Source of the DNA: Sulfurimonadaceae bacterium
GTDB lineage: Bacteria; Campylobacterota; Campylobacteria; Campylobacterales; Sulfurimonadaceae
DNA length: 31,594 bases
Direction: 5' to 3'
NCBI GenBank assembly: GCA_041562295.1
Contig: JBFEYF010000001.1
Coordinates: forward strand, 1 to 31,594
The position numbers and the translations under genes were made by a program. Below, one piece after another: positions 1 through 8,621 of this stretch; position 1 is the first letter of the stretch, and each line of letters begins with the position of its first letter. The notes beneath the pieces are model-generated. The model saw only the letters and a list, made by a program, of their open reading frames with translations, was not told where the DNA came from and made no database searches.

Positions 1-1374
1 CGATGTCAAAGCCCACCAGCGGCAGTCATTGGCGCGTTCATAGAGGTTTCGGTCCATGATATCCACAACAAGATCCGCAAGAAACACCGTATCACCCAGT
101 ACCATCGTCTTGGTCAGGTTGGCGATGGAGGAACCGATGATGTTTTTCGTGTTTTCCCCCGTCTGTCGGATCTCCAAAAGCAGAGAGCGGGAGAACTGTT
201 TGTTATCGGTCCGCTTGGTATTGCTTTGCTTGATATTACCGTTCCAGATCGCACGGTTTAAGTTATACTGGATACTGTTTGCCTGCAGCGGGATGCTTTT
301 AAGCTCACTGCTAAACTGCTTGCCGTTTTGTAAAATAGCCAAAAGCAGTTCCTGGCTCACCTCAAACGTATCGTTGCCCATCTGTTCAAAAGCGTGATCC
401 AAAGGCACCATGATATGACCGAACCATCCCAGACCGAAAAAGCCCTGATAACCGTTGGTCAGACAGCTTTTGGCCAGGTAATCGCGCCCCCCGAACGAGA
501 TCACCTTATAGGGCATATTGATCACGCGCTCCAGTTTCGCGCCAAGCGGTACATGGTATTTGTCGCTGCTGGCGATCACTTCGCCGTTTTTGTCCAGCAA
601 AGTAATACACTCTTTGTTCTCTTCGTTGACAAGGTTGTTAAAGACCGACTTCATCTCATCCGTAAAACGAAAACAGAGACAGAGTACACCCAAAACATCG
701 GAGTCTTTATCATTGGACTCGGTCACTTTGTAGGAGTAGACGAGTGTCTTTTTATACTGGGGCAAAAAGTCATGGTACTTATAGGTCTCCACATACTCCT
801 TTCCTGTATGGATCGCCTCGTTGATGATAGGATCTTCCGAACGGTCGACGTTGTTGCCCTCATCGATATTGGCCAAAACATCCCCGTGCGTATTCATCAA
901 TATGATATCGAAATAGACACTGTACTTTTGTACATACTCTTTGAAACGGTTTTTGATCGCACCGATACGGTCGTTATACCCTTGGCTGTAGCGTGTCTTG
1001 GTAGAACGCAAAAAGTCGCGGACATCCTCATCCGTAGCCAAAAATCCGATATCGGCCGTACGTTCAAAAAGGTTTCTGATAACAATATCCACAGCGACCT
1101 GCGCCTTGGAGGTCATCTCGCTGACACTCTTTTTGAGCATCTCGTTGGCTAGGTTGTCGATCAGTTCTGAAGAGAGCTTGGTGAAGTTGTTCTTGATCTC
1201 ATCCATATTGACACCCGCTTCACCCAGTTTGCTTAGCAGTGATAGGGTATCCCAGTTCTTTGTCAGATCATTTAGTTTTTCCCTATTCTCTTTTACAGGG
1301 GTCATATATTTAATCAGCGGAGAGGCATCCTCTTTAAGATGCATCGTCTTGATCTCGTTCATCTGTCTGCTCAT
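1..1374 (-). CDS. Soluble tandem Cache-like domain chemotaxis/signalling protein, 3' end off-window (not in ORF track)
   Basis: Manual translation from ATG at 1374 (AGGA RBS upstream) is open to position 1: MSRQMNEIKTMHLKED...VDIVIRNLFERTADIGFLATD...VDIMDRNLYERANDCRWWALTS. No transmembrane segment. As I recall, proteins with the RNLYERANDCRWWAL motif are usually annotated as Cache-domain CheW/chemotaxis proteins. Confidence 0.7.
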   Translation of the reverse strand, partial: MSRQMNEIKTMHLKEDASPLIKYMTPVKENREKLNDLTKNWDTLSLLSKLGEAGVNMDEIKNNFTKLSSELIDNLANEMLKKSVSEMTSKAQVAVDIVIRNLFERTADIGFLATDEDVRDFLRSTKTRYSQGYNDRIGAIKNRFKEYVQKYSVYFDIILMNTHGDVLANIDEGNNVDRSEDPIINEAIHTGKEYVETYKYHDFLPQYKKTLVYSYKVTESNDKDSDVLGVLCLCFRFTDEMKSVFNNLVNEENKECITLLDKNGEVIASSDKYHVPLGAKLERVINMPYKVISFGGRDYLAKSCLTNGYQGFFGLGWFGHIMVPLDHAFEQMGNDTFEVSQELLLAILQNGKQFSSELKSIPLQANSIQYNLNRAIWNGNIKQSNTKRTDNKQFSRSLLLEIRQTGENTKNIIGSSIANLTKTMVLGDTVFLADLVVDIMDRNLYERANDCRWWALTS

Positions 1375-1573
1375 AATTTTTTTCCTACAAATGTCATTAT
1401 CGATTGTTTGGAAAATTGTACAAATAAGAGACCGGTATCGGGGAGAAACAATGATTAATTTTTATACAACTGCTGTCTGTTTTAAAAACTTTTAGGCGAT
1501 CACACCGCTTTGTCAGCGGTATAACAAATCCTATCGTATGTAAAGGAAGTAGATAGAAGGTCGTGAAGAGAGA

Positions 1574-2281
1574 TTACACAGCGGAAGCTTTTTCCACCCT
1601 GTTACGTCCACGCTCTTTGGCCCGGTAGAGTGCTTCATCCGCTTTTTCTATCAGGCAGTGTATCTCGCACTGTTTAGTAGCGGTAATGATCCCCAGGCTG
1701 ATAGTTACCGCCATATCCAATTTAAAATCATACTCCGCTACGCGCCTGCGGATACGTTCGCTGATCTCTTCGATATCATCTGTACCCGCTTCCGGAAGCA
1801 GTACGATGAACTCTTCCCCGCCCCAGCGCGAAAGGATATCCATCTCCCTTAACTCGCTTTTGACGCACTGCGTCAGCTCTTTAAGAACTCTGTCACCCTC
1901 TTTATGACCATACCGGTCATTGATCATCTTAAAACGGTCGATATCAAACATAATGATAGAAAAGGGTTTTTGCGTTCTGTGAAAACGTTTCTCTTCCTGT
2001 TCAAACAGCAGCTCTACGCCGTACCGGTTAAGCGTATTGGTAAGATAATCTTTCTTTGCCAGGCTTTCAAATTTGACCGTGTCTCTCGCTTTGGCATGAT
2101 AATAGATGATCAAAACGATGATCGAACCGAAGATCAGACCCAAAAGTGACGGGACAATGAAATAGCGGGGAAAGACTGTTACCTTCAGCACAAGGGTGTG
2201 TTGAATAAAAGCGGCCGTATCCACAAAGCCGATAAAACCGGCAATAATCAAAAAATTTATCGTAACTTTCCCGTATCGCAT
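1574..2281 (-). CDS. Membrane-anchored diguanylate cyclase (GGDEF)
   Basis: Two N-terminal hydrophobic helices; DYLTNTLNR, MFDIDRFKMINDRYGH, RWGGEEF active site, RxxD (REMD) inhibitory site, ADEALYRAKERGRNRV. Confidence 0.93.
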   Translation of the reverse strand: MRYGKVTINFLIIAGFIGFVDTAAFIQHTLVLKVTVFPRYFIVPSLLGLIFGSIIVLIIYYHAKARDTVKFESLAKKDYLTNTLNRYGVELLFEQEEKRFHRTQKPFSIIMFDIDRFKMINDRYGHKEGDRVLKELTQCVKSELREMDILSRWGGEEFIVLLPEAGTDDIEEISERIRRRVAEYDFKLDMAVTISLGIITATKQCEIHCLIEKADEALYRAKERGRNRVEKASAV

Positions 2282-2307
2282 CTATCATTTCCCCTTAATT
2301 CTGTTAA

Positions 2308-2316
2308 ATTATAACA
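2308..2316 (-). promoter_or_regulatory. Extended -10 (TGtTATAAT) for the GGDEF gene
   Basis: Minus strand reads TGTTATAAT about 27 nt upstream of the ATG at 2281. It lies within the inverted repeat ctgtta-N5-taacag (2301-2317). Confidence 0.5.
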
Positions 2317-2401
2317 GAAAACTCCGGATATCACTACTATTGCGGCAAGGGGTGCAGGTTTTTCTCTCTCTAAGATACCGCAAAGTTTTCAACTGAAGAT
2401 G

Positions 2402-2429
2402 TTGACTTTCATTCTCAATCAAGTATAAT
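2402..2429 (+). promoter_or_regulatory. Sigma70-type promoter of the ech operon
   Basis: TTGACT (2402-2407), 16-nt spacer, TATAAT (2424-2429), 28 nt upstream of the echA ATG. Confidence 0.6.
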
Positions 2430-2457
2430 AAAAAGTGATCTTTCAAGGGGTCTCATC

Positions 2458-4221
2458 ATGCAGCTTTTTCTTTTGCTTCTTTTATCACCTGCCGTCATAG
2501 CTTTTTTAGTCCTGATAACTCCGTCTCAAAAATTTCGATTCGGATTTGTTACACTCAACCTCCTAATCCTGTGGACTCTCACCTATTTCCTGGTTCAAGA
2601 GCCCACCGAAATGCTTTTCTATTTTGCGCAGCCTTTAAAACAGCTCATTATCATCGCCGACGTACTGCTGCTGCTTTACTTTTTATGGCAGGGCAAGCAG
2701 TTCAAGCATATGCTTGTAGCGCTTTTGGCCCTAAGCCAGCTGCTTTTATACCTTTATATAGAGAGTACCTTATCCCATACGGCCCACCCTGATCTGCTCA
2801 TCGATCAACTCTCCAAGACGATGTTTTTGATCATCAATATCGTCGGCAGCGTTATCATCCTCTATGCGGTCAAATATATCGCATCCGAACCGGTATCGGA
2901 TCTGAAAAAGCGTCTTTTTATCCTCTACCTGCTTCTCTTTTTGCCTATTATGAACCTGATCGTTGCGGCCAATGATCTTTTGCTTTTCTTCTTCCTGTTT
3001 GAGATGACGACCCTGGCCTCTTACCTGCTGATCGCCTACAGGGCCGATGAAACTTCCCGGGCTAATGCGCTCAAAGCCCTATGGATGAACCAGATCGGCG
3101 GTATCGTCATCCTCATAGGTGCCTTGATCTTTATCCGGACTCTCCATACGACCTATTTTGATACCATTGCTGCTCTTCAGGGAGGAGGACTGCTCTTTGG
3201 CATCGCCTTTGTCTCTATGGCGGCACTGGTTAAAGGCGCTTCTATTCCCTTTGACCGCTGGCTTATCGGTGCCATGGTCGCACCGACACCCGTCAGTGCT
3301 ATGCTGCATTCGGCGACGATGGTCAAGATCGCACCCTATATGATCATCAAGTTTGCACCGCTTATTGCCGGAACGCTTCTGGGGGATTCGATCCTCATAC
3401 TTGGCGGCTTTATCTTTGCCACGGCCTCCTATCTCGCATTGGCAAAAGATCAGCTCAAAGAGGTTTTGGGTTATTCGACGATCGCACTTTTGGCTCTGAT
3501 GATGAGTATGGCGGCACTGGGAACGCAACAGGCACTTTTTATCGCGACCGTTTTGATGCTTTTTCACGCGCTTTCCAAAGCGCTGCTCTTTTTGAGTGCC
3601 GGCGTCGTGGAAAAACTGCACCATGCTAAAAGTATCGGGCAGATGAAGGGTCTGGTCTCCCAAAACCCCGTCATCGTTACTTTTTTGCTGATCGGGTTTA
3701 TCTCCTTGAGTCTGCCACCTTTTGGACTTTTTATGGGAAAACTGCTGGCACTGGAGCACCTGACTGAGCTGCTGAGTCTCAAACCCTACCTGATCCTTCC
3801 CCTTCTGACACTTATCATCGGAAGTGCTATCATGGTGCTTCTATATTTTAAGATCGCCTCGGCACTGCTGCAACACAATGAAACAAGGCAGGAAACAGTA
3901 GCTTCTTTGGGTTTCACCTACACTCTTACCCTCTCTGTGTTGGCACTTTTGCTCGCAGCGTTGACCCTTTGGTTCTTCTCTATCTACCGTGCCGGGTCAC
4001 TCTACTATCTGGCCCTGCCGCTGCTGCTGCTTCTTTTTCTCCCCTGGGTCAAGTATCGATTGGAACGCTTTGACAAAAGCCGTACCTACCACTGCGGGGA
4101 AGTCAACAATTTCAATGCGGCACTGCTTTACTTCTCCCCGCCACAAAGCTTAAGCAGGCTGATCCCGCTACTCTTTACCTTGGGGTTTGCCTTTATAGCC
4201 GTCAGCGGAGGTCTCTCATGA
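2458..4221 (+). CDS. echA: Ech hydrogenase antiporter-like membrane subunit A (NuoL/MrpA family)
   Basis: Highly hydrophobic 587 aa with FFFLFEMTTL, ALVKGASIPF..WL..AMVAPTPVSAMLHSATMVK and YSTI motifs. First gene of an A-F operon. Confidence 0.85.
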   Translation: MQLFLLLLLSPAVIAFLVLITPSQKFRFGFVTLNLLILWTLTYFLVQEPTEMLFYFAQPLKQLIIIADVLLLLYFLWQGKQFKHMLVALLALSQLLLYLYIESTLSHTAHPDLLIDQLSKTMFLIINIVGSVIILYAVKYIASEPVSDLKKRLFILYLLLFLPIMNLIVAANDLLLFFFLFEMTTLASYLLIAYRADETSRANALKALWMNQIGGIVILIGALIFIRTLHTTYFDTIAALQGGGLLFGIAFVSMAALVKGASIPFDRWLIGAMVAPTPVSAMLHSATMVKIAPYMIIKFAPLIAGTLLGDSILILGGFIFATASYLALAKDQLKEVLGYSTIALLALMMSMAALGTQQALFIATVLMLFHALSKALLFLSAGVVEKLHHAKSIGQMKGLVSQNPVIVTFLLIGFISLSLPPFGLFMGKLLALEHLTELLSLKPYLILPLLTLIIGSAIMVLLYFKIASALLQHNETRQETVASLGFTYTLTLSVLALLLAALTLWFFSIYRAGSLYYLALPLLLLLFLPWVKYRLERFDKSRTYHCGEVNNFNAALLYFSPPQSLSRLIPLLFTLGFAFIAVSGGLS

Positions 4222-5036
4222 GCTGGATACTGATTCTTTTGGCCCCTGTCCTGGGCGGTGTCATCTACGGTATCGAACGCAAAGTCAAAGCGCGCATGCA
4301 GCGCCGTATGGGTCCGCCGATACTGCAGCCCTTTTATGATATGTTCAAACTGATGGACAAACGTACGACGATCATCCATGAGACCCATATCATGCTCGGT
4401 CTGGCACACTTCTTTGCGCTGTGGCTGAGTCTGGCGGGACTGCTTTTAGGATGGCACCTGCTTTATGTCATCTTTTTGCACCTCTTTTCCACGGTGATGC
4501 TGGTACTGGCAGGATTTAGTGTCCGCTCGGTCTACTCCCATATCGGTGCCAACCGTGAGTTGATGACGCTGCTGGCTTATGAACCTATTCTCATACTTGT
4601 AGCGATAGGATTTTATCTGCAAAACGGCACGTTCGAGGCGGCTGCTGTGATGCACAGTCCTGCCCAGATCACGCTGCTACCGCTGCTTTTTGTCTCCCTG
4701 CTTTTTGTGGTTTTGATCAAACTCAAAAAATCACCTTTCGACGCGGCAGAGGCGCATCAGGAGATCGTAGGCGGTGTCGAGATCGAGTACAGCGGACTCT
4801 TTTACGAATTCCTCTATATGGCTAAGCTTTTGGAGTACTGTTTTGTCTATGCTCTGATCATGCTTTTTGGCGGTTCGGATCTTTGGATCGGAGCCGCTTT
4901 GGCTTTGGGTACCTTTTTAGTGGTCAATATGATCGATAATGCTACGGCACGTATCAGGATGGGCCATCTTTTGCGTATCTTCTATCTTCTGCCTGTTTCA
5001 TTGGGGCTGATCAATATCTTATGGATCGTATTATGA
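4218..5036 (+). CDS. echB: Ech hydrogenase membrane subunit B (NuoH family)
   Basis: ERKVKARMQRRMGPPILQPFYDMFKL and KSPFDAAEAHQEIVGGVEIEYSG motifs; ATGA overlap with echA. Confidence 0.88.
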   Translation: MSWILILLAPVLGGVIYGIERKVKARMQRRMGPPILQPFYDMFKLMDKRTTIIHETHIMLGLAHFFALWLSLAGLLLGWHLLYVIFLHLFSTVMLVLAGFSVRSVYSHIGANRELMTLLAYEPILILVAIGFYLQNGTFEAAAVMHSPAQITLLPLLFVSLLFVVLIKLKKSPFDAAEAHQEIVGGVEIEYSGLFYEFLYMAKLLEYCFVYALIMLFGGSDLWIGAALALGTFLVVNMIDNATARIRMGHLLRIFYLLPVSLGLINILWIVL

Positions 5037-5584
5037 AGTTCTTTAACACGTTTCGCAAAAAATCCCCATGGATCCTTCACTACAATGCAGGAAGCTGTAA
5101 CGGATGTGATATCGAGATCCTGGCCGCGTTGGCGCCCAAGTATGACCTGGAGCGTTTCGGAGTTATCAATAGCGGCAATCCCAAACAGTCCGATATCTTT
5201 TTGGTAACCGGACCCGTAACGATGCGCTCACGGGAACGCCTTGTAGAGCTTTATACCCTCATGCCCGAACCCAAGGTCGTCGTTGCCGTAGGTTCGTGCA
5301 CCACGACCGGCGGTGTCTTTAACGGTATGTATAATGTCGAAGACGGTATTGACAACTATATCCCCGTGGACGTCTATGTCCCTGGATGTGCCTCAACACC
5401 ACAGCTGATCGTAGACGGTGTGATCAAAGCTTTGGAGATCCTGGAAGCCAAAACCAAAGAGATCGAAAAACCGTTCAAGCTCTTTGGTTCACTGCGACAA
5501 AGAGGCAAGAGCACGGACCGCACCGATATGGCACGAAAGATCAAGAGTGAATCCCCCAAGGAGGATAGTGATGCAGAAGATTGA
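5033..5584 (+). CDS. echC: Ech hydrogenase small subunit C (NuoB family, [4Fe-4S])
   Basis: GSCNGCDIE, VGSCTTTGGVF and VYVPGC motifs. Start set at MKFFNTF (5033), which forms an ATGA overlap with the echB stop. Confidence 0.9.
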   Translation: MKFFNTFRKKSPWILHYNAGSCNGCDIEILAALAPKYDLERFGVINSGNPKQSDIFLVTGPVTMRSRERLVELYTLMPEPKVVVAVGSCTTTGGVFNGMYNVEDGIDNYIPVDVYVPGCASTPQLIVDGVIKALEILEAKTKEIEKPFKLFGSLRQRGKSTDRTDMARKIKSESPKEDSDAED

Positions 5585-5930
5585 AAGTAGCTTAGAGCGT
5601 ATCGTAACCGATATCAAAAGTTTTTATGACCCCAAAAAGTGGCACTTTCTGACTGTCAACGGTATCGACAACTGTGACGGGACGCTGGAGCTGCAGTGGA
5701 TCTTCTCCGAATATGGTGTCAAAAACAGTATCGTCAGCTTTTTCGTGACGGTCAGTGAAGATGCCCAGATACCTTCGGTCACCCCGTTCATCCCTTCCGC
5801 ATATATGGGTGAGCGTGAGATCGTCGATCTCTTCGGGCTCTTTATAGAGGGGGCAGCCAAGGGGCTTTACCTGGATGAAGACTCTGTAACAACCCCGCTT
5901 CGTTGCCGCCAAGGAGGAGCTGATGCCTAA
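5571..5930 (+). CDS. echD: Ech hydrogenase subunit D (NuoC family)
   Basis: IPSVTPFIPSAYMGEREIVDLFGL NuoC-like motif; AAGGAGG RBS before the ATG at 5571 (ORF track start 5484 is too early). Confidence 0.82.
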   Translation: MQKIESSLERIVTDIKSFYDPKKWHFLTVNGIDNCDGTLELQWIFSEYGVKNSIVSFFVTVSEDAQIPSVTPFIPSAYMGEREIVDLFGLFIEGAAKGLYLDEDSVTTPLRCRQGGADA

Positions 5931-7017
5931 AGAGAAAAAGACGGTCAATATCCCGTTGGGGTCCCAGCATATTTCACTGTTGGAACCGATCCGTTTCAAG
6001 TTCGAGTGTGAGAACGAACGTATCATCGGTGTCGATGCCGATGTCGGTTTTGTCCACCGCGGTGTCGAAAAGGCGTGTAGCTCCCAATTTGAGTTCAAGC
6101 AGGTCGGCTATGTCGTCGCCCGTGTCTGCGGACTCTGTGCCATTACACACTCTCTTTCCTATACACTTGGTGTCGAACAGCTTTTAGAACACCATACCAA
6201 CGACAAGATCAAATACCTGCGTATGCTGATGGTGGAGCTTGACCGTATCCACTCGCATATGCTCTGCCTCGCCCATGTTGCAGAAAATGCGGGCTTTGAA
6301 GCGTTGTTTATGCAGACGATGGCCGACAGGGAACTGGTCATGGATATCCAAGAAGCCATCAGCGGCAACCGTGTGCAGTTTGACTATATCGCTATCGGCG
6401 GGGTCAACCGGGACCTGACTCCCGAAACGGCTGCCCTGTTGAAAAAGAACCTGAACCTTCTGCAGCCCAAGATCGATAACCTTTTCGAGCTTTTCAGCAA
6501 CAACTGGTCGCTCTCTTTAAAATATAAGGGGATCGGCGTCCTGACACTTGAAGATGCCTATACCTATAACGCCCTGGGTCCCTTGGCCCGGGCCAGCGGA
6601 TTGGCAACCGATGTCAGATCAGAGAGCTACGATCTCCCCTATGAGGCTGTCGGTTATGAGATGATCACCGATACCACGGGCGATATCTATGCCCGCAATA
6701 TGGTACGGTTAAAAGAGATTCAGATCAGCATCCAAATGTGTCTGAATATCGTCGACAACCTTCCATCCGGTGAGATCATGGAAAAGGTCAAAGGCAAGCC
6801 AAACGGAGAGAGTGTCGTCCGAGTCGAGGCACCGCGCGGAGAGCTCTTTTATCTGCTTAGAGGTTCGGGTAAGCCTATACTTGACCGTGTCAGGATCAAA
6901 ACGCCTACCTTCTCTGCCGTACCGGCAATGATTGAGGTCTTTAAAGGAGCCGAATATGCCGATGCCCCGGCAATTTTGGCCTCGTTTGATCCCTGCATGT
7001 CCTGTACGGCGAAATAG
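5923..7017 (+). CDS. echE: Ech hydrogenase large catalytic [NiFe] subunit E (group 4e)
   Basis: GFVHRGVEK, L1 motif RVCGLC, L2 motif DPCMSCTAK at the very C-terminus with no cleavable extension, EAPRGEL. Confidence 0.92.
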   Translation: MPKEKKTVNIPLGSQHISLLEPIRFKFECENERIIGVDADVGFVHRGVEKACSSQFEFKQVGYVVARVCGLCAITHSLSYTLGVEQLLEHHTNDKIKYLRMLMVELDRIHSHMLCLAHVAENAGFEALFMQTMADRELVMDIQEAISGNRVQFDYIAIGGVNRDLTPETAALLKKNLNLLQPKIDNLFELFSNNWSLSLKYKGIGVLTLEDAYTYNALGPLARASGLATDVRSESYDLPYEAVGYEMITDTTGDIYARNMVRLKEIQISIQMCLNIVDNLPSGEIMEKVKGKPNGESVVRVEAPRGELFYLLRGSGKPILDRVRIKTPTFSAVPAMIEVFKGAEYADAPAILASFDPCMSCTAK

Positions 7018-7026
7018 GAGGCTATT

Positions 7027-7506
7027 ATGTTAAAAGCTTTGATCAACGCCTTTTTGAATCTCTTCAGACCGGTGCATACCCATAACTATCCCAAAGAGCC
7101 GATCACCCTGCCCAAAGATTACCGGGGTCTGATCGAATACAGCGCCGAGGATTGTATCTTTTGCAATAAGTGCGAAAAAGCGTGTCCTCCGCAAGCTATC
7201 GTCTTCAACCAAAACATGGACGGTACGCAGAGCTATAACTACTCCCCCTATGTCTGTATCTACTGCGGAGAGTGTGTCAGAGCCTGTCCCAAACCCGACG
7301 AGGCGCTTTGGCAAAGTGAAAAGAAGCAGGAGTGCGCAACTGTAGAGAAGAAGGTCAACAGCTCATGGGAAACAGTTAAAGCCGAAGCCAAAGCGAGTAA
7401 AGAGGCCTACGCCCAGGAGAAGGCACGCAAAAAAGCCCAAAAGGCGCAAGCAGCGAAAGAAAAATCCGCAGATAAGAACCCTGATACCCCAACGGCCACC
7501 GAATAA
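7027..7506 (+). CDS. echF: Ech hydrogenase 2x[4Fe-4S] subunit F (NuoI family)
   Basis: CIFCNKCEKACP and CIYCGECVRACP motifs; Lys/Ala-rich tail. Confidence 0.9.
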   Translation: MLKALINAFLNLFRPVHTHNYPKEPITLPKDYRGLIEYSAEDCIFCNKCEKACPPQAIVFNQNMDGTQSYNYSPYVCIYCGECVRACPKPDEALWQSEKKQECATVEKKVNSSWETVKAEAKASKEAYAQEKARKKAQKAQAAKEKSADKNPDTPTATE

Positions 7507-7535
7507 GTGTATAATAGTAAAAAAACCTGCAAGGT

Positions 7536-8567
7536 GTGCCGTTGAGTATGCTCCTTTTTTATCTCTTTTTAGCCCTTTTAGTCTCTTTTGTCTGTTCAGT
7601 ACTGGAGGCCGTACTCCTTTCACTTACCCCTTCGTATATCGCATCTTTGCCCGATTCAAAGCATAAGGAACGGCTCCACTATATCAAGGAACATCTCGAT
7701 ACCGCGATCTCCTCTATCTTGATTTTAAATACGATTGCGCATACTATGGGAGCGGCCGGTGTCGGAGCCGAGGCGGTACAGATCTTCGGGAACCAGTGGC
7801 AGACAGTCATCGCAATCGTTCTGACCCTGTTGATCCTTTACTTTTCAGAGATCATCCCCAAGACGATCGGGGCCAGCTATTGGAGAGAGCTTGCACCTGT
7901 TTCTGCAGCGCTTATTAGCTTTCTGATGTGGCTTTTACAGCCGTTTTTATGGCTCTCCAAGCTTTTAACCCGGGGGCTTAAAAGCAGTGCGGTAGCACCT
8001 TCGAGAGAAGAGATCGCGGCCATGGCACAAATCAGTGAGGAGCTGGGGCTCTTGGAGGAGAAAGAGGAGAACCTCATTAAGAACCTTCTGCAGCTTAAGC
8101 AGATACGGGTCAGTGATATTCTGACTCCACGTTCCGTCGTCTTTGCCCTCGATGCCACCCAGCCGATCGATTCGGCACTCGATCAGCAGGATATCTTTAC
8201 CTTCTCAAGAATCCCCGCTTATATCGATAGAGGTGACCATATCGAAGGGGTCCTTTTTTCGAGGGAAATCCTCAAAGCCAACCTCTCCAAGGATGACGGA
8301 AGAGAACCTTTACAGACCATTATGAAACCGGTATTCAAAGTTTCAGAGAAGATCCCCGTCTTTTACCTTATGTATCTTTTTATCAAAAGACAGGAGCACC
8401 TTTTCATTGTCGAGGATGCTTACAACCAGTATATGGGTATCGTTACCCTGGAAGATGCGATTGAGACCCTTTTGGGTGTCGAGATCGTCGATGAAGTGGA
8501 TCAGGTGGTTGACATGCAGCAGTTTGCCAAAGAGCTGTCAGCCCGTAAAGATAGTTTAAAAAACTAA
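7536..8567 (+). CDS. CNNM/CorC-HlyC family membrane protein (DUF21 + CBS pair), probable divalent metal transporter
   Basis: SFVCSVLEAVLLS, ILILNTIAHTMGAAGVG, FSEIIPKTIG, FSRIPAY and GIVTLEDAIETLLGVEIVDE motifs. Start may be GTG 7536, TTG 7542 or ATG 7548. TATAAT at 7510-7515. Confidence 0.88.
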   Translation: MPLSMLLFYLFLALLVSFVCSVLEAVLLSLTPSYIASLPDSKHKERLHYIKEHLDTAISSILILNTIAHTMGAAGVGAEAVQIFGNQWQTVIAIVLTLLILYFSEIIPKTIGASYWRELAPVSAALISFLMWLLQPFLWLSKLLTRGLKSSAVAPSREEIAAMAQISEELGLLEEKEENLIKNLLQLKQIRVSDILTPRSVVFALDATQPIDSALDQQDIFTFSRIPAYIDRGDHIEGVLFSREILKANLSKDDGREPLQTIMKPVFKVSEKIPVFYLMYLFIKRQEHLFIVEDAYNQYMGIVTLEDAIETLLGVEIVDEVDQVVDMQQFAKELSARKDSLKN

Positions 8568-8621
8568 GAGTATACTAAAACTATAGAGCTTCCTCCCGGA
8601 AGCAGTTGCAAAGGCGCAAAT

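Noticed and set aside
394-1152. 252-aa plus-strand ORF (and overlapping 56-397 and 998-1495)
   Set aside because: Antisense shadows of the real minus-strand gene at 1-1374, which has an RBS and recognisable motifs.
1504-1520. Hairpin accgct-ttgtc-agcggt as terminator of the GGDEF gene
   Set aside because: Only 6 bp and no U tract on the minus strand.
2401-2420. FNR-like site (TTGA...TCAA) at the ech promoter
   Set aside because: The spacer is 9 nt rather than 6, and the TTGAC is better explained as the -35 element.
3079-3759. 226-aa minus-strand ORF and other short ORFs inside the ech, hydrogenase and hyp genes
   Set aside because: Shadow frames within well-supported CDSs.
2458-7506. Reading the operon as complex I (nuo) or an Ehr complex
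   Set aside because: The large subunit retains both Ni-binding CxxC motifs, and the six-gene set matches Ech.
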